Assembly: GCA_042219045.1 (NCBI GenBank) | Contig: JBDGQO010000033.1 | Span: 57,568-121,567, forward strand | Direction: 5' to 3' | Origin: Candidatus Bipolaricaulia bacterium | GTDB lineage: Bacteria; Bipolaricaulota; Bipolaricaulia; RBG-16-55-9 | Length of the DNA: 64,000 nucleotides | Shown: piece after piece, positions 49,037 to 59,379 of the stretch | How the letters are laid out: each line of letters opens with the position of its first letter | Position numbering within the stretch: the first letter of the stretch is position 1 | Position numbers and translations under genes: made by a program | Notes under the pieces: model-generated | The model's input: the letters and a program-made list of their open reading frames with translations, nothing else | Databases searched by the model: none | What the model was told of the DNA's origin: nothing

Positions 49037-50296
49037 CTATGACTCGACCGCCCGAAAGGCGAGCGTGGAGTTGTGGCCGCCGAAGCCGAAGGAGTTGGAC
49101 AGCGCCACGTTGATCTCGGCCTCGCGCGACTCGTTGGGGACGTAATCCAAGTCGCAGTCCGGATCGGGGTGATCCAAGTTGATCGTGGGCGGAAGCATTC
49201 CGTCTGAGACCCCCATCAGCGTGGCAATCGCCTCCACGGCGCCGGCCCCGCCGAGCACGTGGCCCACCTGAGACTTGGTGGAGCTGACGGGAATGTCGTA
49301 CGCCCGGTCGCCGAAGAGCGTTTTGATGGCCTTCGTTTCCGCCACGTCGCCGAGCTGCGTCGACGTGCCGTGGGCGTTGATGTAGTCCACCTCGTCGTGG
49401 CTCAACCCGGCTCGCTCCAGCGCCATCTCCATGGCCCGTCGGCCGCCCGTTCCTTCGGGATCGGGGGCCGTGATGTGGTGCGCGTCCGCCGTGATGCCTT
49501 GCGACGCCAATTCCGCATAGAGCCGTCCGTCGCGTTGGCGCGCGTGCTCCTCGGACTCGAGGACCACGATGCCGGCCCCTTCGCCGATGATGAACCCATC
49601 CCGCTCGGCGTCGAAGGGGCGCGAGGCACGCTCGGGCTCGTCGTTGCGCCGCGAGATGGCCCGGGCCTGATCGAAACCGGCGTAGTTGAGCGGATGCATC
49701 ACGGCTTCCGAGCCACCGGCGATCATGACGTCGGCATAGCCTAGCCGGATGAGATCCGACGCCATGCCGATGGCGTGGTTGGAGCTGGCACACGCCGAGA
49801 CCGTGCCGTAGTTCGGCCCGCTCAGGCCGAACTCGATGGAGATTTCCCCAGCGGAGGCGTTCGGCATGAACATCGGCACGAAGAACGGACTCACCCGCTC
49901 GGGCCCCTTGTCGAGGAACGTCTCATGGGTGTTGATCAGCACTTCGATGTTGCCGATGCCGGTGCCGACGGTGACGCCGACCCGCGTCCGATCCGTGGCG
50001 TCGAGGTCGAGGCAGGAGTCGGTCAAAGCGAGTTGGGTGGCGGCCAGGATCATCTGGGTGGACCGGCCGAGACGCCGGGCCCGCTTCTTGTCCATGAATT
50101 GGAGCGCGTCGAACTCCCGCGCGGGGGCCCCGATCTTGACCTCGATGCCCTCCAGATCCACCAGGTCATCCGTGCGTTGGACGCCCGACGCGCCCGATTT
50201 CAGCGCCGACCAATACGCGTCCTTGCCGATGCCGATGGGCGTGACGGGCCCGATCCCGGTGAGAACCACTCGTCGCGGTGTCTCTTCAGCCATCAT
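49037..50296 (-). CDS. fabF: 3-oxoacyl-ACP synthase II
   Basis: SACASS catalytic Cys, [14 protein letters not shown] and [10 protein letters not shown] motifs. Confidence 0.95.
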   Translation of the reverse strand: MMAEETPRRVVLTGIGPVTPIGIGKDAYWSALKSGASGVQRTDDLVDLEGIEVKIGAPAREFDALQFMDKKRARRLGRSTQMILAATQLALTDSCLDLDATDRTRVGVTVGTGIGNIEVLINTHETFLDKGPERVSPFFVPMFMPNASAGEISIEFGLSGPNYGTVSACASSNHAIGMASDLIRLGYADVMIAGGSEAVMHPLNYAGFDQARAISRRNDEPERASRPFDAERDGFIIGEGAGIVVLESEEHARQRDGRLYAELASQGITADAHHITAPDPEGTGGRRAMEMALERAGLSHDEVDYINAHGTSTQLGDVAETKAIKTLFGDRAYDIPVSSTKSQVGHVLGGAGAVEAIATLMGVSDGMLPPTINLDHPDPDCDLDYVPNESREAEINVALSNSFGFGGHNSTLAFRAVES

Positions 50297-50508
50297 GAGC
50301 CCAATGGTAGCGGATGCCGACTGAGACGATCAACGTGGACGACACGACTCCGAGATTCTCCGGCTTCGAGGGGACGGCGTTGTCTGTTGGTTGAAATCGA
50401 CAACGCGTCGTGGCATTGATCGCCTGTGGCTTCTCACGCGCGAACTGGCGTCCGTTCTGTCGATGTGAGCACAGTCCGAAGTCTGGCTTTCTCCGGACCG
50501 AGTCGCGG

Positions 50509-51354
50509 TCAAGAGCCCTTGGCTAAGCCGACCAAGCCAGCCACAAACCGATCGATGAACAGGTTGTAGAGCACGGCGATCGGGAGCCCGGCCAGCAGCG
50601 CCCCGCCGAGCAGCGCCTGCCACTGGTAGACGTCGCCCCGGATGAGCTCGGTCGGCACCCCGACGCTGATCATCTTCTGCGCTGAGTCCTGGACGAAGAC
50701 GAGCGCGTAGATGAACTCATGGAACGTCAGCGAGAACGCGAAGACGACGACGGTCAGGATGCCGGGGACCGACAACGGCAACACCGTGCGCACGAACGCC
50801 CCGAAGCGACTATAGCCGTCGATCATCGCCTGTTCCTCGATGTCTTTGGGGATGCCCTTGAAAAAGCCCATCAAGAGCCACATGCAGAATGGGACGGTGA
50901 ACGAGGGATAGATAAGCACAAGCGACCACAGCGAGTTCTGCAATCCCAACGTGGCGATCACCTTGGCGAAGGGGATGAACAGCAGCGTCGGTGGCACCAG
51001 GTACGTCAGAAAGATGCCGATCCCGAGGTTCTCTCCCCAACGACCCGTCATGCGGGCCAAGGCATAGGCGGCCGGCACGACAAGGACGAGCGTGATGGCC
51101 ACGACCAAGATGCCGACGAACGTCGTGTTCATAAACCAAGTCAGATACTGGGTCTCCCCCAACAGGAATTGCAAGTGCTTCAGCGTCGGCTGGGCGTTGA
51201 ACCAGAAGGGGTTGGTGCTCGGGTTGGTGATGTCGGAATTCTGCTTGAACATCGAGATGAGCATGACGTAGAAGGGCAGTGCCGAAAACACGGTGAACCC
51301 CACCACCACGGCATAGAGCGATCCTCGAGCGCCGAGGCGTTTCAATGGCGTCAT
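50509..51354 (-). CDS. Carbohydrate ABC transporter permease (MalG-like)
   Basis: EEQAMIDG EAA loop; about six TM segments. Confidence 0.9.
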   Translation of the reverse strand: MTPLKRLGARGSLYAVVVGFTVFSALPFYVMLISMFKQNSDITNPSTNPFWFNAQPTLKHLQFLLGETQYLTWFMNTTFVGILVVAITLVLVVPAAYALARMTGRWGENLGIGIFLTYLVPPTLLFIPFAKVIATLGLQNSLWSLVLIYPSFTVPFCMWLLMGFFKGIPKDIEEQAMIDGYSRFGAFVRTVLPLSVPGILTVVVFAFSLTFHEFIYALVFVQDSAQKMISVGVPTELIRGDVYQWQALLGGALLAGLPIAVLYNLFIDRFVAGLVGLAKGS

Positions 51355-51357
51355 CGC

Positions 51358-52314
51358 TCAGGTCACCTCGCTACGCCGGGCCAGTCGCAACGCTAGCGCC
51401 GCCACGCCCGCTAGGACGGGAAACAGGAAGAGGGCGACGGCTGCGCCTTGAGCAAGGTTGCCGCCTTCGATTCCCTTGAAGAAGGCCCAGCTCGGAATGA
51501 TTTGTGTTTGATGGGGGGGTGGTCCGCCTTGGGTCAGAATGTAAATGATGCTCATGTCAGTGAAGAGGAATACGAACGCGAACAGCACGGCAATGGCAAG
51601 TATGGGGAGCATCATGGGCACGTTGATCTGGAACAGCCGCATCCAGTAGCTTGCGCCGTCGATCTTGGATTGCTCCTCAATATCCTTGGGAATGGAGGTC
51701 ATGCCGGCAATCACAATGACCGTCGCCAGCGGCAGGACGCGCCACGTGTTGACGAGGATGATCGAGATCATCGCCTTGTTGCCCAAGCCGAGCCAGTACA
51801 TGTTCTTGAACGGACCGAACAACGCGTCCGGATGCCCCAATAGCCCCGCTTGGCGCAACAGCCAGTCGTAGGGGCTGTAGACCTCGTGCAGCATCCACTC
51901 CCAGCCGATGGCCCCGAGCGCGATCGGCGTCGTCCACGGCAGGAGGAACAGGAACCGAAAAGCCCACTTGCCCTTGAAGTCGCGGGTAAACACCTCGGCC
52001 AATGCGGTGCTCAAAATGAGAATGAGCGCGAGCGACCCGAAGGTGATGACGAGCGAGTTCTCCAACGAGGTCCAGAAGACGTCGCTATGCAACAGGGCCC
52101 GGAAGTTCTCCAAGCCGACGAAGCTGAATCCCTGGCTTCCCGTGGTGACGTCGCTGAAGGCGTAGACGATCGCCAACACGAAGGGAATGCCGACCAGCAA
52201 CACCACGAAGATCACGGTCGGCAAGAAGAACAGCGGCGCGAGGAACCGCTCGCTATCCCAGAGGTAACGGCCCTGTGTTTGCGTCGGACTCTGTTGCTGA
52301 ACGGCTTCAGCCAT
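51358..52314 (-). CDS. Carbohydrate ABC transporter permease (MalF-like)
   Basis: FVGLENF and EEQSKIDGA EAA-loop motifs. Confidence 0.9.
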   Translation of the reverse strand: MAEAVQQQSPTQTQGRYLWDSERFLAPLFFLPTVIFVVLLVGIPFVLAIVYAFSDVTTGSQGFSFVGLENFRALLHSDVFWTSLENSLVITFGSLALILILSTALAEVFTRDFKGKWAFRFLFLLPWTTPIALGAIGWEWMLHEVYSPYDWLLRQAGLLGHPDALFGPFKNMYWLGLGNKAMISIILVNTWRVLPLATVIVIAGMTSIPKDIEEQSKIDGASYWMRLFQINVPMMLPILAIAVLFAFVFLFTDMSIIYILTQGGPPPHQTQIIPSWAFFKGIEGGNLAQGAAVALFLFPVLAGVAALALRLARRSEVT

Positions 52315-53377
52315 GGCCGGCCTCCTGGGGGTTCGGCACGCCCTGAGCAGACTCGTTATTTAGGGCTTGCCCGGTGTCCGGGTCGAAATAGCGGACGTCT
52401 TGAGTGCGCACGGCGAACTCGTAGTTCTGGCCCTCATCCACGGAGAACGTCAGCGTGGCCGGAAGACGGGCGATCGTCTTCATGCTGGTGTCGCCCTTGC
52501 TGAGGGAGCCATACAGCAACCGATCCGCGCCCAAGTACTCCACGCGCCAGACGTAGAACTGGAACGGCTTCAAGTCGTCGCCGGCGTCGAACGTCTCCTT
52601 GGGCATGAAGTGCTCGGGGCGGAAGCCGACGATGGGGCCGTCTTCCTGTTCGATCAGGTTCATCGGCGGCGAGCCGACGAACGTCGCCACGAAGGTGTCG
52701 GCCGGATTCCGGTAGACGTCGGTCGGCGTGCCGAGCTGATGGACGCGGCCGTTGTTCATGATCGCGATCCGCTCGCCGAGGCCCATCGCTTCAACCTGAT
52801 CGTGGGTGACGTAGATCGTCGTCGTGCCGATCTTCTCGTGGAAGTTTTTCAGCTCGTCGCGCGCCTGGTGGCGCAGCTTGGCGTCGAGGTTGGACAGCGG
52901 CTCATCCAAGAGGAAGACGTTCGGCTGGCGCACGATCGCCCGAGCAAGGGCGACGCGCTGCTGTTCGCCGCCGGAGAGCTCGCCCGGCTTGCGCTTGAGG
53001 AACTGATCGATGCCGAGCATCTGGGACGCCCACTCCACTCGCTCGCGGATCTCGGCCTTGTCCATCTTGATCGCTTTGAGCGGGAACGCGATGTTGGCCT
53101 CGATCGTCTTGTGCGGGTAGAGCGCGTAGGACTGGAACACCATGGCGACGTTGCGGGCGCGCGGCGGGAGCATGTTGACGATCTCGTCGTCAATCCAGAT
53201 CTCGCCCTCGGTCGGCATCTCCAGCCCCGCAATGGTGCGCATTAGCGTCGTCTTGCCACAGCCGGATGGGCCCAATAACACCATGAACTCGCCGTCCTGC
53301 ACCTCGACGTTGACGCCGTCCACGGCTCGAACGTCGCCGAAGTACGTCCGGAGGTCGTGAGCTACCACGCGTGCCAT
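52307..53377 (-). CDS. Carbohydrate ABC transporter ATP-binding protein (MalK-like)
   Basis: GPSGCGKT, LSGGEQQR, LDEPLSNLD and VTHDQ motifs. Confidence 0.94.
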   Translation of the reverse strand: MARVVAHDLRTYFGDVRAVDGVNVEVQDGEFMVLLGPSGCGKTTLMRTIAGLEMPTEGEIWIDDEIVNMLPPRARNVAMVFQSYALYPHKTIEANIAFPLKAIKMDKAEIRERVEWASQMLGIDQFLKRKPGELSGGEQQRVALARAIVRQPNVFLLDEPLSNLDAKLRHQARDELKNFHEKIGTTTIYVTHDQVEAMGLGERIAIMNNGRVHQLGTPTDVYRNPADTFVATFVGSPPMNLIEQEDGPIVGFRPEHFMPKETFDAGDDLKPFQFYVWRVEYLGADRLLYGSLSKGDTSMKTIARLPATLTFSVDEGQNYEFAVRTQDVRYFDPDTGQALNNESAQGVPNPQEAGHG

Positions 53378-53428
53378 GTTGCCTCGCTCGGGTTACTCCT
53401 TGGCATGGTCATCGCCCCGTTTCAGCGA

Positions 53429-53480
53429 GTGCGGACCGGCCGGAGGCCGTCTCCCCTGGATCGGCCTCCGGCCCCCGCAC
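53429..53480 (-). repeat. GC-rich intercistronic stem-loop after the binding-protein gene
   Basis: GGCCGGAGGCCG (53438-53449) / CGGCCTCCGGCC (53462-53473) perfect inverted repeat with an outer GTGCGG/CCGCAC pair. Confidence 0.75.
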
Positions 53481-53495
53481 GCAAGGTTCGTTGGG

Positions 53496-54923
53496 TTACG
53501 AGCGCGGCGGAATGAGGCCCTGCTCGGCCCAGCCCGCATAGATCTCCTCGGCGCGAGCTTGGGCCTCTTGGACGGCCTTATCGACCGAGGCGATCCCTTG
53601 GGCCACCTTGGCGAACATATCCGGGAGGACCGCCGTATTGAAGACCTCGCCGGCGGCGGGATTGGCCGGGCCCGGATAGCCCTGCCAGACGCTCCAGTCG
53701 AGCGCGCTCGTGAGCGGCTGGAGCTTGTCCGTCCGCTCGCCCTCGAGCGCGAAGGGATCTTTCGCGAACCAGGTATCGAACAGATCCTGGACCGTCTTTG
53801 CGCCCTCCGGCTTGGGATAGCCGCGGTCGCCCTCCGGCACCGGGACCTGGTTGAAGGCGAAGGTGTCGTAGAGCTCGCTGTTCCACATGCGCTGGTCGTA
53901 GTTCTCCTCAAGGTCGATCAGGAACTGCTTAGCGAGCTCGAGTCGGTCGCTCGGCACGTAGCTCGGCACGAGCGTGTTGTAGAGGACGTGTTCGCTGGCG
54001 AGCTGGGTGCCGCGCGGGCCCTTAAGTGCGGGCCCGAAGGCGATGTCGCGAGCGATCTCGGGCACGTCCTTCTGGGCCGACCGATAGGCCGAAATGGAGT
54101 TGAGGATGGCGTTGGCCCGCCCGCTGATGAGGGCCTCGTTGTTGGAGGCGGCGCCCCAGGTAAAGACTGCGGGCGTCATGGCCTGTTTGAAGATCTCGGC
54201 GTAGTGGTTGACGGCCTCGCGGGTTCGCTCGTTGTCGAGAACGACGTTGGTGTTCTCGTCCTGGACGGAGGAATCGAACGACCACAGCGCCGCGCGCGTC
54301 GCCATGTTGGTGTCGATCTCCTGGGAGAGCCCGATACCGACGGGAACGCCCTCTTGTTCGAAGATGCGTGCCCCGAACTCCAGAAGATCCTGCCAGGTGC
54401 GTGGCCCTTCGGGCTTGTCGACGGCCTCCCAGAGGCTTTGGCGATAGTTGATCGGGTCGATGACGAACCCGTGCGAGAAGGCGAAGGCCTTGCCCGTGAA
54501 CGGGTTGACGGAGGCCTTTTTGGTCAAATCGAGCATCGGGCCATGGCGGTTCTCCAACTCGTCGATGACGTCGGAGAGGTCATGGACGGAGGGCTCATGC
54601 TGCGGTAGCGGCGCAATGTACTCTTGAATGTCGTGGCCGCTGCCGGCGGAAATTTCGGACGCGATCGTGGACGGGACGTCGCCGACGTTGATGTGGTCGA
54701 CGGTGACGTCGACGCCGTTCTCCTCGCCCCACGCGGGCACGTACTCGTTGTCGAACCATTCGTCGTGGCGGGGCACGAAGTGGCTCCACATCAACAGCGA
54801 GAGCTGCCCCTGGCCCCAGACTCGGAAGGGGGTCACAGTCGCCAAACCGGCCGCCACGGCTCCTGCTCCCGTCGCTTTGAGAAACGAACGTCGAGTAATG
54901 GCCGACATCCGTTGCTTACTCAC
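53496..54923 (-). CDS. Carbohydrate ABC transporter substrate-binding protein, Tat-exported
   Basis: TRRSFLK twin-arginine signal; SBP family 1 size and composition; operon context. Confidence 0.88.
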   Translation of the reverse strand: MSKQRMSAITRRSFLKATGAGAVAAGLATVTPFRVWGQGQLSLLMWSHFVPRHDEWFDNEYVPAWGEENGVDVTVDHINVGDVPSTIASEISAGSGHDIQEYIAPLPQHEPSVHDLSDVIDELENRHGPMLDLTKKASVNPFTGKAFAFSHGFVIDPINYRQSLWEAVDKPEGPRTWQDLLEFGARIFEQEGVPVGIGLSQEIDTNMATRAALWSFDSSVQDENTNVVLDNERTREAVNHYAEIFKQAMTPAVFTWGAASNNEALISGRANAILNSISAYRSAQKDVPEIARDIAFGPALKGPRGTQLASEHVLYNTLVPSYVPSDRLELAKQFLIDLEENYDQRMWNSELYDTFAFNQVPVPEGDRGYPKPEGAKTVQDLFDTWFAKDPFALEGERTDKLQPLTSALDWSVWQGYPGPANPAAGEVFNTAVLPDMFAKVAQGIASVDKAVQEAQARAEEIYAGWAEQGLIPPRS

Positions 54924-55023
54924 GTGTATCGCCCCCTGTGGAAAGTTTTAAATATTTGGCGGAACCTCTTGGCGCCAGCCCTATGTGGTGGTAATGGACG
55001 GGACGATCACCCCCTTGGCGTCT

Positions 55024-55443
55024 CTATTTGACCTCCTCTGGCTGCGCACGGCGCACAGAGATCGCCATGCCGCCTTTCAAGGTATTGGTCACGAGACAGC
55101 TCCGTTCGGCAATCTCAATCGCCTTTTGGAGCGTGTCTTCGTTCTCCGTCTCTCCATAAACCGTCATGGTGGCATTCTGGAACTGCTGGGGATTGCCGCC
55201 GATGTCGGCCTCCACGGTAACGTGCAAGTCGGACGGATCGAGGTCCCGAGCTCGAGCGGCCGCGATCAGGGTGCTCATGTAGCACCCGCCCAAGGAAAGC
55301 AGCATCATTTCGCCCCCGAGCGGACCGCGATCCGCGCCGCCTTTGGCGAGAGGGCGATCGACCAGCACACGGTGATCGCGTGCGTAGCCTTGCGATGTGG
55401 GCGTATCCCCGATCTGTTGGACACTAACTTGGACGTCGGACAT
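55024..55443 (-). CDS. OsmC/YhfA-family protein
   Basis: GGADRGP..GEMMLLSLGGC and second Cys in SCLVTNTL. Confidence 0.85.
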   Translation of the reverse strand: MSDVQVSVQQIGDTPTSQGYARDHRVLVDRPLAKGGADRGPLGGEMMLLSLGGCYMSTLIAAARARDLDPSDLHVTVEADIGGNPQQFQNATMTVYGETENEDTLQKAIEIAERSCLVTNTLKGGMAISVRRAQPEEVK

Positions 55444-55450
55444 GGAGATG

Positions 55451-55480
55451 ATCGTACCATGACTCGGATGAATTCGTCAA
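55451..55480 (-). promoter_or_regulatory. Promoter giving a probably leaderless osmC-family mRNA
   Basis: TTGACG, 18 nt spacer, TG-G-TACGAT ending 7 nt before the ATG. Confidence 0.65.
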
Positions 55481-55623
55481 GGCTTGCGAATAAAAGAGTT
55501 CATGTTCTTCAAGTCTGTTGTTGGTCCGGGATACTCTATTCCCGACGCATCCGATTCTCGTGATCCAATGTTGGAACGGAAGCGATAGGTGGAACGTCAC
55601 AACTGGCATGGCTCGCAACATGT

Positions 55624-56595
55624 TCAGCTGGTTGTGAGCAAAAGCTTGCCCTTCGACTGTCGGCCTTCGAGGTGTCGATGGGCTTCGGCGGCGTCCGAGA
55701 GCGCAAACTCGCGATCGACGCTGAGCGAGAGTTGGCCGCCCCGAACCCAGCCAAAGAGGTCGTCGGCGCGGCCTCGGATCTCGGCCTGGCTCATGGCGTA
55801 GTGTCCCAGACTGGGCCGCGTCAAGAAGAGCGACCCTTGGGCGTTGAGGACTTGGGGATCGAGCGGCTCGACGGCGCCGCTGGCCTGGCCGTAGAGGACG
55901 CAATAGCCCCGTGGCTTCAGGCAGTTGAGGCTCTGTTCAAACGTCGCCCGTCCGACGGACTCGTAGGCGACGTCAACGCCTTCCCCGTCTGTGATGCGGT
56001 CCACCTCGCTCTCAATCTCTTGGGCGGTGTAGAGCACGACCTCGTCTGCCCCCATGTTCGCGGCGATCTGGGCCTTCTCTTCTGTGGAGGTGACCCCAAT
56101 AACGCGGGCTCCCTTGTGCTTGCACAGTTGCACCAGAAGCTGGCCGACGCCGCCGGCTGGGGCATAGACAAGGGCAGTATCGCCGGACCCAAGCTGATAC
56201 GTGTCATGGGTCAGATAATGGGCCGTCATGCCCTGCAGCATCAGCGCCGCGGCTTGGCGGGTGTCGACGTCGTCGGGAACGGGCACCAGTTTCCACGACG
56301 GGACGACGGCTTGCTCGGCGTACGAGCCGATCTGCATGGCGTACGCGACCCGGTCGCCCGTCTCAACATGGGTCACGTCGGGCCCGACGGCGTCGACGAC
56401 GCCCGCCCCTTCCACGCCGAGCGTTGCGGGGACATCCAACGAGTATTGACCCGTGCGATGATAGACGTCGATGAAGTTGACCCCGGCCGCTTCAATCTGG
56501 ACCCGAGCTTCCCCGAGTCCCGGCTCGGGCGTGTTGACCTCTTCGACGACCATGGCCTCCGGGCCGCCGTGTTCGTTGACGCGTACCGCACGCAT
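55624..56595 (-). CDS. NADPH:quinone oxidoreductase (zeta-crystallin/Qor family)
   Basis: GVNFIDVYHRTG, LQGMTAHYL, AGGVG, GSLFLTRPSL motifs. Confidence 0.92.
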   Translation of the reverse strand: MRAVRVNEHGGPEAMVVEEVNTPEPGLGEARVQIEAAGVNFIDVYHRTGQYSLDVPATLGVEGAGVVDAVGPDVTHVETGDRVAYAMQIGSYAEQAVVPSWKLVPVPDDVDTRQAAALMLQGMTAHYLTHDTYQLGSGDTALVYAPAGGVGQLLVQLCKHKGARVIGVTSTEEKAQIAANMGADEVVLYTAQEIESEVDRITDGEGVDVAYESVGRATFEQSLNCLKPRGYCVLYGQASGAVEPLDPQVLNAQGSLFLTRPSLGHYAMSQAEIRGRADDLFGWVRGGQLSLSVDREFALSDAAEAHRHLEGRQSKGKLLLTTS

Positions 56596-56899
56596 ACATG
56601 CCTCCTTCCGCGAAGCCATGCTTCGCTACCGGTTAGAATAGCCATGAGGGTAGTCAACCTGCGTGGCTGCAGCCAAGCCGTCTCCCCTCTTGGCTTTCCG
56701 AGGTGGTCGGGCTCATTTGGGTTTGCTCCCGTGCCCATCGCGCGATAAAAGGCATGGACCCCATGCCCACTATCTCCAGCTCCGCGAGCCTCCGTTCCGA
56801 GGTCCCCGCTTTCCCCATCCCCGACCTCTCGGGGATGGAGGTCCTCAGCCGATCCACGCGGTAGCGGCCCACGGTCGGCAAGCACCCTGTCCGTACGCA

Positions 56900-57146
56900 A
56901 CGTGGCGCCTCGCCATTCGCGACTCGCGATGGGCTTCAGCGAACGGGTTTCCATCGTGGGTCCTCGGCGTTGAGCGCGCGCACGGACAATGCGGCCTCGA
57001 ACGGCCCCATGCTCGCGATCAACGAGGCCACGGGCTTTCGCCACGTCAAGACCGTCAAGATCTGGCAGGTTGAGACGGAAACGGCCCACGAGCACCTGAA
57101 TGACCGGTCCGCGCCTGTTGACACCGAGCCGCCCCCCTCGTCATAG
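56900..57146 (+). pseudogene. Degraded C-terminal fragment of a GNAT acetyltransferase
   Basis: RTDNAASNGPMLAINEATGFRHV matches the GNAT TxNxxxNxxMxxxNxxxGF motif; upstream LGVERA lies in another frame across a GC dinucleotide run; no start. Confidence 0.6.
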
Positions 57147-57147
57147 T
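57118..57147 (+). promoter_or_regulatory. Putative aroC promoter
   Basis: TTGACA, 18 nt spacer, CATAGT ending 8 nt before the aroC ATG. Confidence 0.5.
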
Positions 57148-57155
57148 GGGGAACC

Positions 57156-58319
57156 ATGGCTCGGCTCCGCTATCTCACCGCAGGAGAATCCCACGGACAG
57201 GCACTTGCGGGCATTCTCGAAGGAATGCCTGCCGGCCTGACGCTCGACCGCGACGAGATCAATCGGCATCTAGCGCGTCGCCAAGCCGGCAAGGGCCGCG
57301 GTTATCGCCAACAGATTGAGACCGATCAGATCGAGGTCCTCACGGGCGTCCGCCACGGCATGACGCTGGGCAGTCCCATCGCGCTCGTGCTCTGGAACCG
57401 CGACTGGAAGAATTGGCAGGAGCGCATGGCCGTCTGGGAGCCGCCGGAGAAGCGCAAACCGGTGACGGTCCCGCGACCTGGACATGCCGATCTTGCGGGC
57501 GCAATCAAGTATCAGCATGGAGACATTCGCAACGTGCTGGAGCGGGCCAGTGCCCGCGAGACGGCCACGCGGGTCGCCATCGCCGCCATCGCCCGCCAGC
57601 TTTTGGAACATTTCGACATCACCATCGGCAGTCACGTCGTGCGCATCCTCGACGGCGTCAGCGACGTTGCCGGAACGGATTACGACGACATGCGCGCGCT
57701 CAGCGACGCCGCCGACAGCTCCCCCGTGCGCTCGCTCGACAAGGCCGCCGAGGAGACGATGATCGCCCGGATCGAGCAAGCCCAGAAGGACCGCAACACC
57801 GTCGGCGGGGTTTTCGAAGTCGTCGCCCGCGGCGTGCCGCCCGGGCTGGGCAGCCACGTCCACTGGGACCGCAAGCTGGACGCCCAGATTGCCCAAGCCA
57901 TGATGAGCATCCAGGCGCAGAAGGGCGTCGAGATCGGCACGGGCTTCGGCGTCGCGGAAAACTGGGGCGCCGACGTCCACGACGAGATCTACTACGACGA
58001 CGAAGGGGGCTATTACCGCCAGACGGGGGGCTCCGGCGGCATCGAGGCCGGCATCTCCACGGGCGAACCCCTCATCGTCCGGGTCGCCATGAAGCCCCTG
58101 TCGACGCTGATGCGTCCGTTGGATTCGGTCGACATCGACACGAAGGAGCCGACCGAGGCCCACATCGAGCGCTCCGACGTCACGGCCGTGCCGCCGGCAT
58201 CGGTGGTGGGTGAGCACATCCTCGCGTTGACGCTTGCGGACGCGTTTTTGGACAAAATGGGCGGCGACTCCATCGCCGAGATCGAAGACCGCTACGAGCG
58301 CTACCGCCGCTCCATCTAA
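57156..58319 (+). CDS. aroC: Chorismate synthase
   Basis: TAGESHG, PRPGHAD, ERASARET, KPLST and ERSD motifs. Confidence 0.97.
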   Translation: MARLRYLTAGESHGQALAGILEGMPAGLTLDRDEINRHLARRQAGKGRGYRQQIETDQIEVLTGVRHGMTLGSPIALVLWNRDWKNWQERMAVWEPPEKRKPVTVPRPGHADLAGAIKYQHGDIRNVLERASARETATRVAIAAIARQLLEHFDITIGSHVVRILDGVSDVAGTDYDDMRALSDAADSSPVRSLDKAAEETMIARIEQAQKDRNTVGGVFEVVARGVPPGLGSHVHWDRKLDAQIAQAMMSIQAQKGVEIGTGFGVAENWGADVHDEIYYDDEGGYYRQTGGSGGIEAGISTGEPLIVRVAMKPLSTLMRPLDSVDIDTKEPTEAHIERSDVTAVPPASVVGEHILALTLADAFLDKMGGDSIAEIEDRYERYRRSI

Positions 58320-58336
58320 CCGTCCCATAGAGGAAT

Positions 58337-59332
58337 GTGATCTTGACCGCGACCCGCATTCTCGCCACGTTCCGCACTGACCCGGGCGAACGCGAGCTGC
58401 TCCACGAGACGTTCGACGACGAGGCGACCGAGGTCCGCTTTCTCGAGGACGCGGGCGAGGCGGAACGGGGCGACTGGGTGCGCGCCGCCGACGTCGTCAT
58501 CGCCTTCAATTTTCCCCGGGAGATCCGGGACGAGGAAGTGCCGCTGATGGCCAATGCCCGATTTCTCCAACTTGCCTCGGCCGGCGCCAGTCACGTTCCG
58601 TATGACAGGCTTCCCGAATCGATCGTCGTCGCCAGCAACGTGGGCGCTTATGCCGAGCCGATGGCCGAGCACACCATGGCCATGGCCCTGTCATTGGCCA
58701 AGCGGCTCCACATCAACCACGACAGGCTGAAGCAGGGCGACTTCAACCAACGCGACCTGAACGTCTCGCTGCGCGGAGGAGTTTGCGGGATTCTCGGCTT
58801 CGGCGGCATCGGGCGCGAGACGGCCCGGCTGATGCGCGGGCTCGACATGGCGATCCATGCCGTCAACCGCCGTGGCGCGACGGATGAGCCGGTCGAGTTC
58901 ATCGGCACGCTCGATGAGATCGAGCACGTGTTGAGCGCCTCCGACGTCGTCGTGCTCTCGCTGCCCTTGACCGTGGAGACCGAGGGGCTGATCGGCGAGC
59001 GCGAACTCGGCTGGATGAAGGACGACGCCATTCTGATCAACGTCGCGCGCGGCGCGATTGTCGACGAGCACGCCCTCTACGAGCACTTGAGAACCCATCC
59101 CGAATTTATGGCCGGCATCGACACGTGGTGGACCGAGCCGCGCAGCCACGGCGAGTTCCGCACCGAAACCCCCATGCTGGAGCTTCCCAATATTCTGGGC
59201 TCGCCGCACAACTCCCCGTTCGTGCCCGGCTTTCTGTTGGACGCGCTCCGTCACGCCGTGGAGAACGTGCAGCGTTTCCTCGACGGAAGCTCTGTCCGTG
59301 GACGCGTCCGCCGCGAGGACTATCTGTCGTAG
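58337..59332 (+). CDS. D-isomer-specific 2-hydroxyacid dehydrogenase
   Basis: GFGGIG, LPLTVET, INVARG and SPH motifs. Confidence 0.9.
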   Translation: MILTATRILATFRTDPGERELLHETFDDEATEVRFLEDAGEAERGDWVRAADVVIAFNFPREIRDEEVPLMANARFLQLASAGASHVPYDRLPESIVVASNVGAYAEPMAEHTMAMALSLAKRLHINHDRLKQGDFNQRDLNVSLRGGVCGILGFGGIGRETARLMRGLDMAIHAVNRRGATDEPVEFIGTLDEIEHVLSASDVVVLSLPLTVETEGLIGERELGWMKDDAILINVARGAIVDEHALYEHLRTHPEFMAGIDTWWTEPRSHGEFRTETPMLELPNILGSPHNSPFVPGFLLDALRHAVENVQRFLDGSSVRGRVRREDYLS

Positions 59333-59379
59333 GGCCGACGCCTACGTTCAACCCTGAGACGATCTTGTCCCCCTGGCGC

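Noticed and set aside
50372..50412. Imperfect inverted repeat GACGGCGTTGTC...GACAACGCGTC between the ABC operon and fabF
   Set aside because: Most simply a terminator or 3' stabilising hairpin; no further evidence for an independent RNA.
53429..53480. Strong hairpin inside the ABC operon as a novel element
   Set aside because: Stem-loops after binding-protein genes are a well-known mRNA stabilisation and stoichiometry device.
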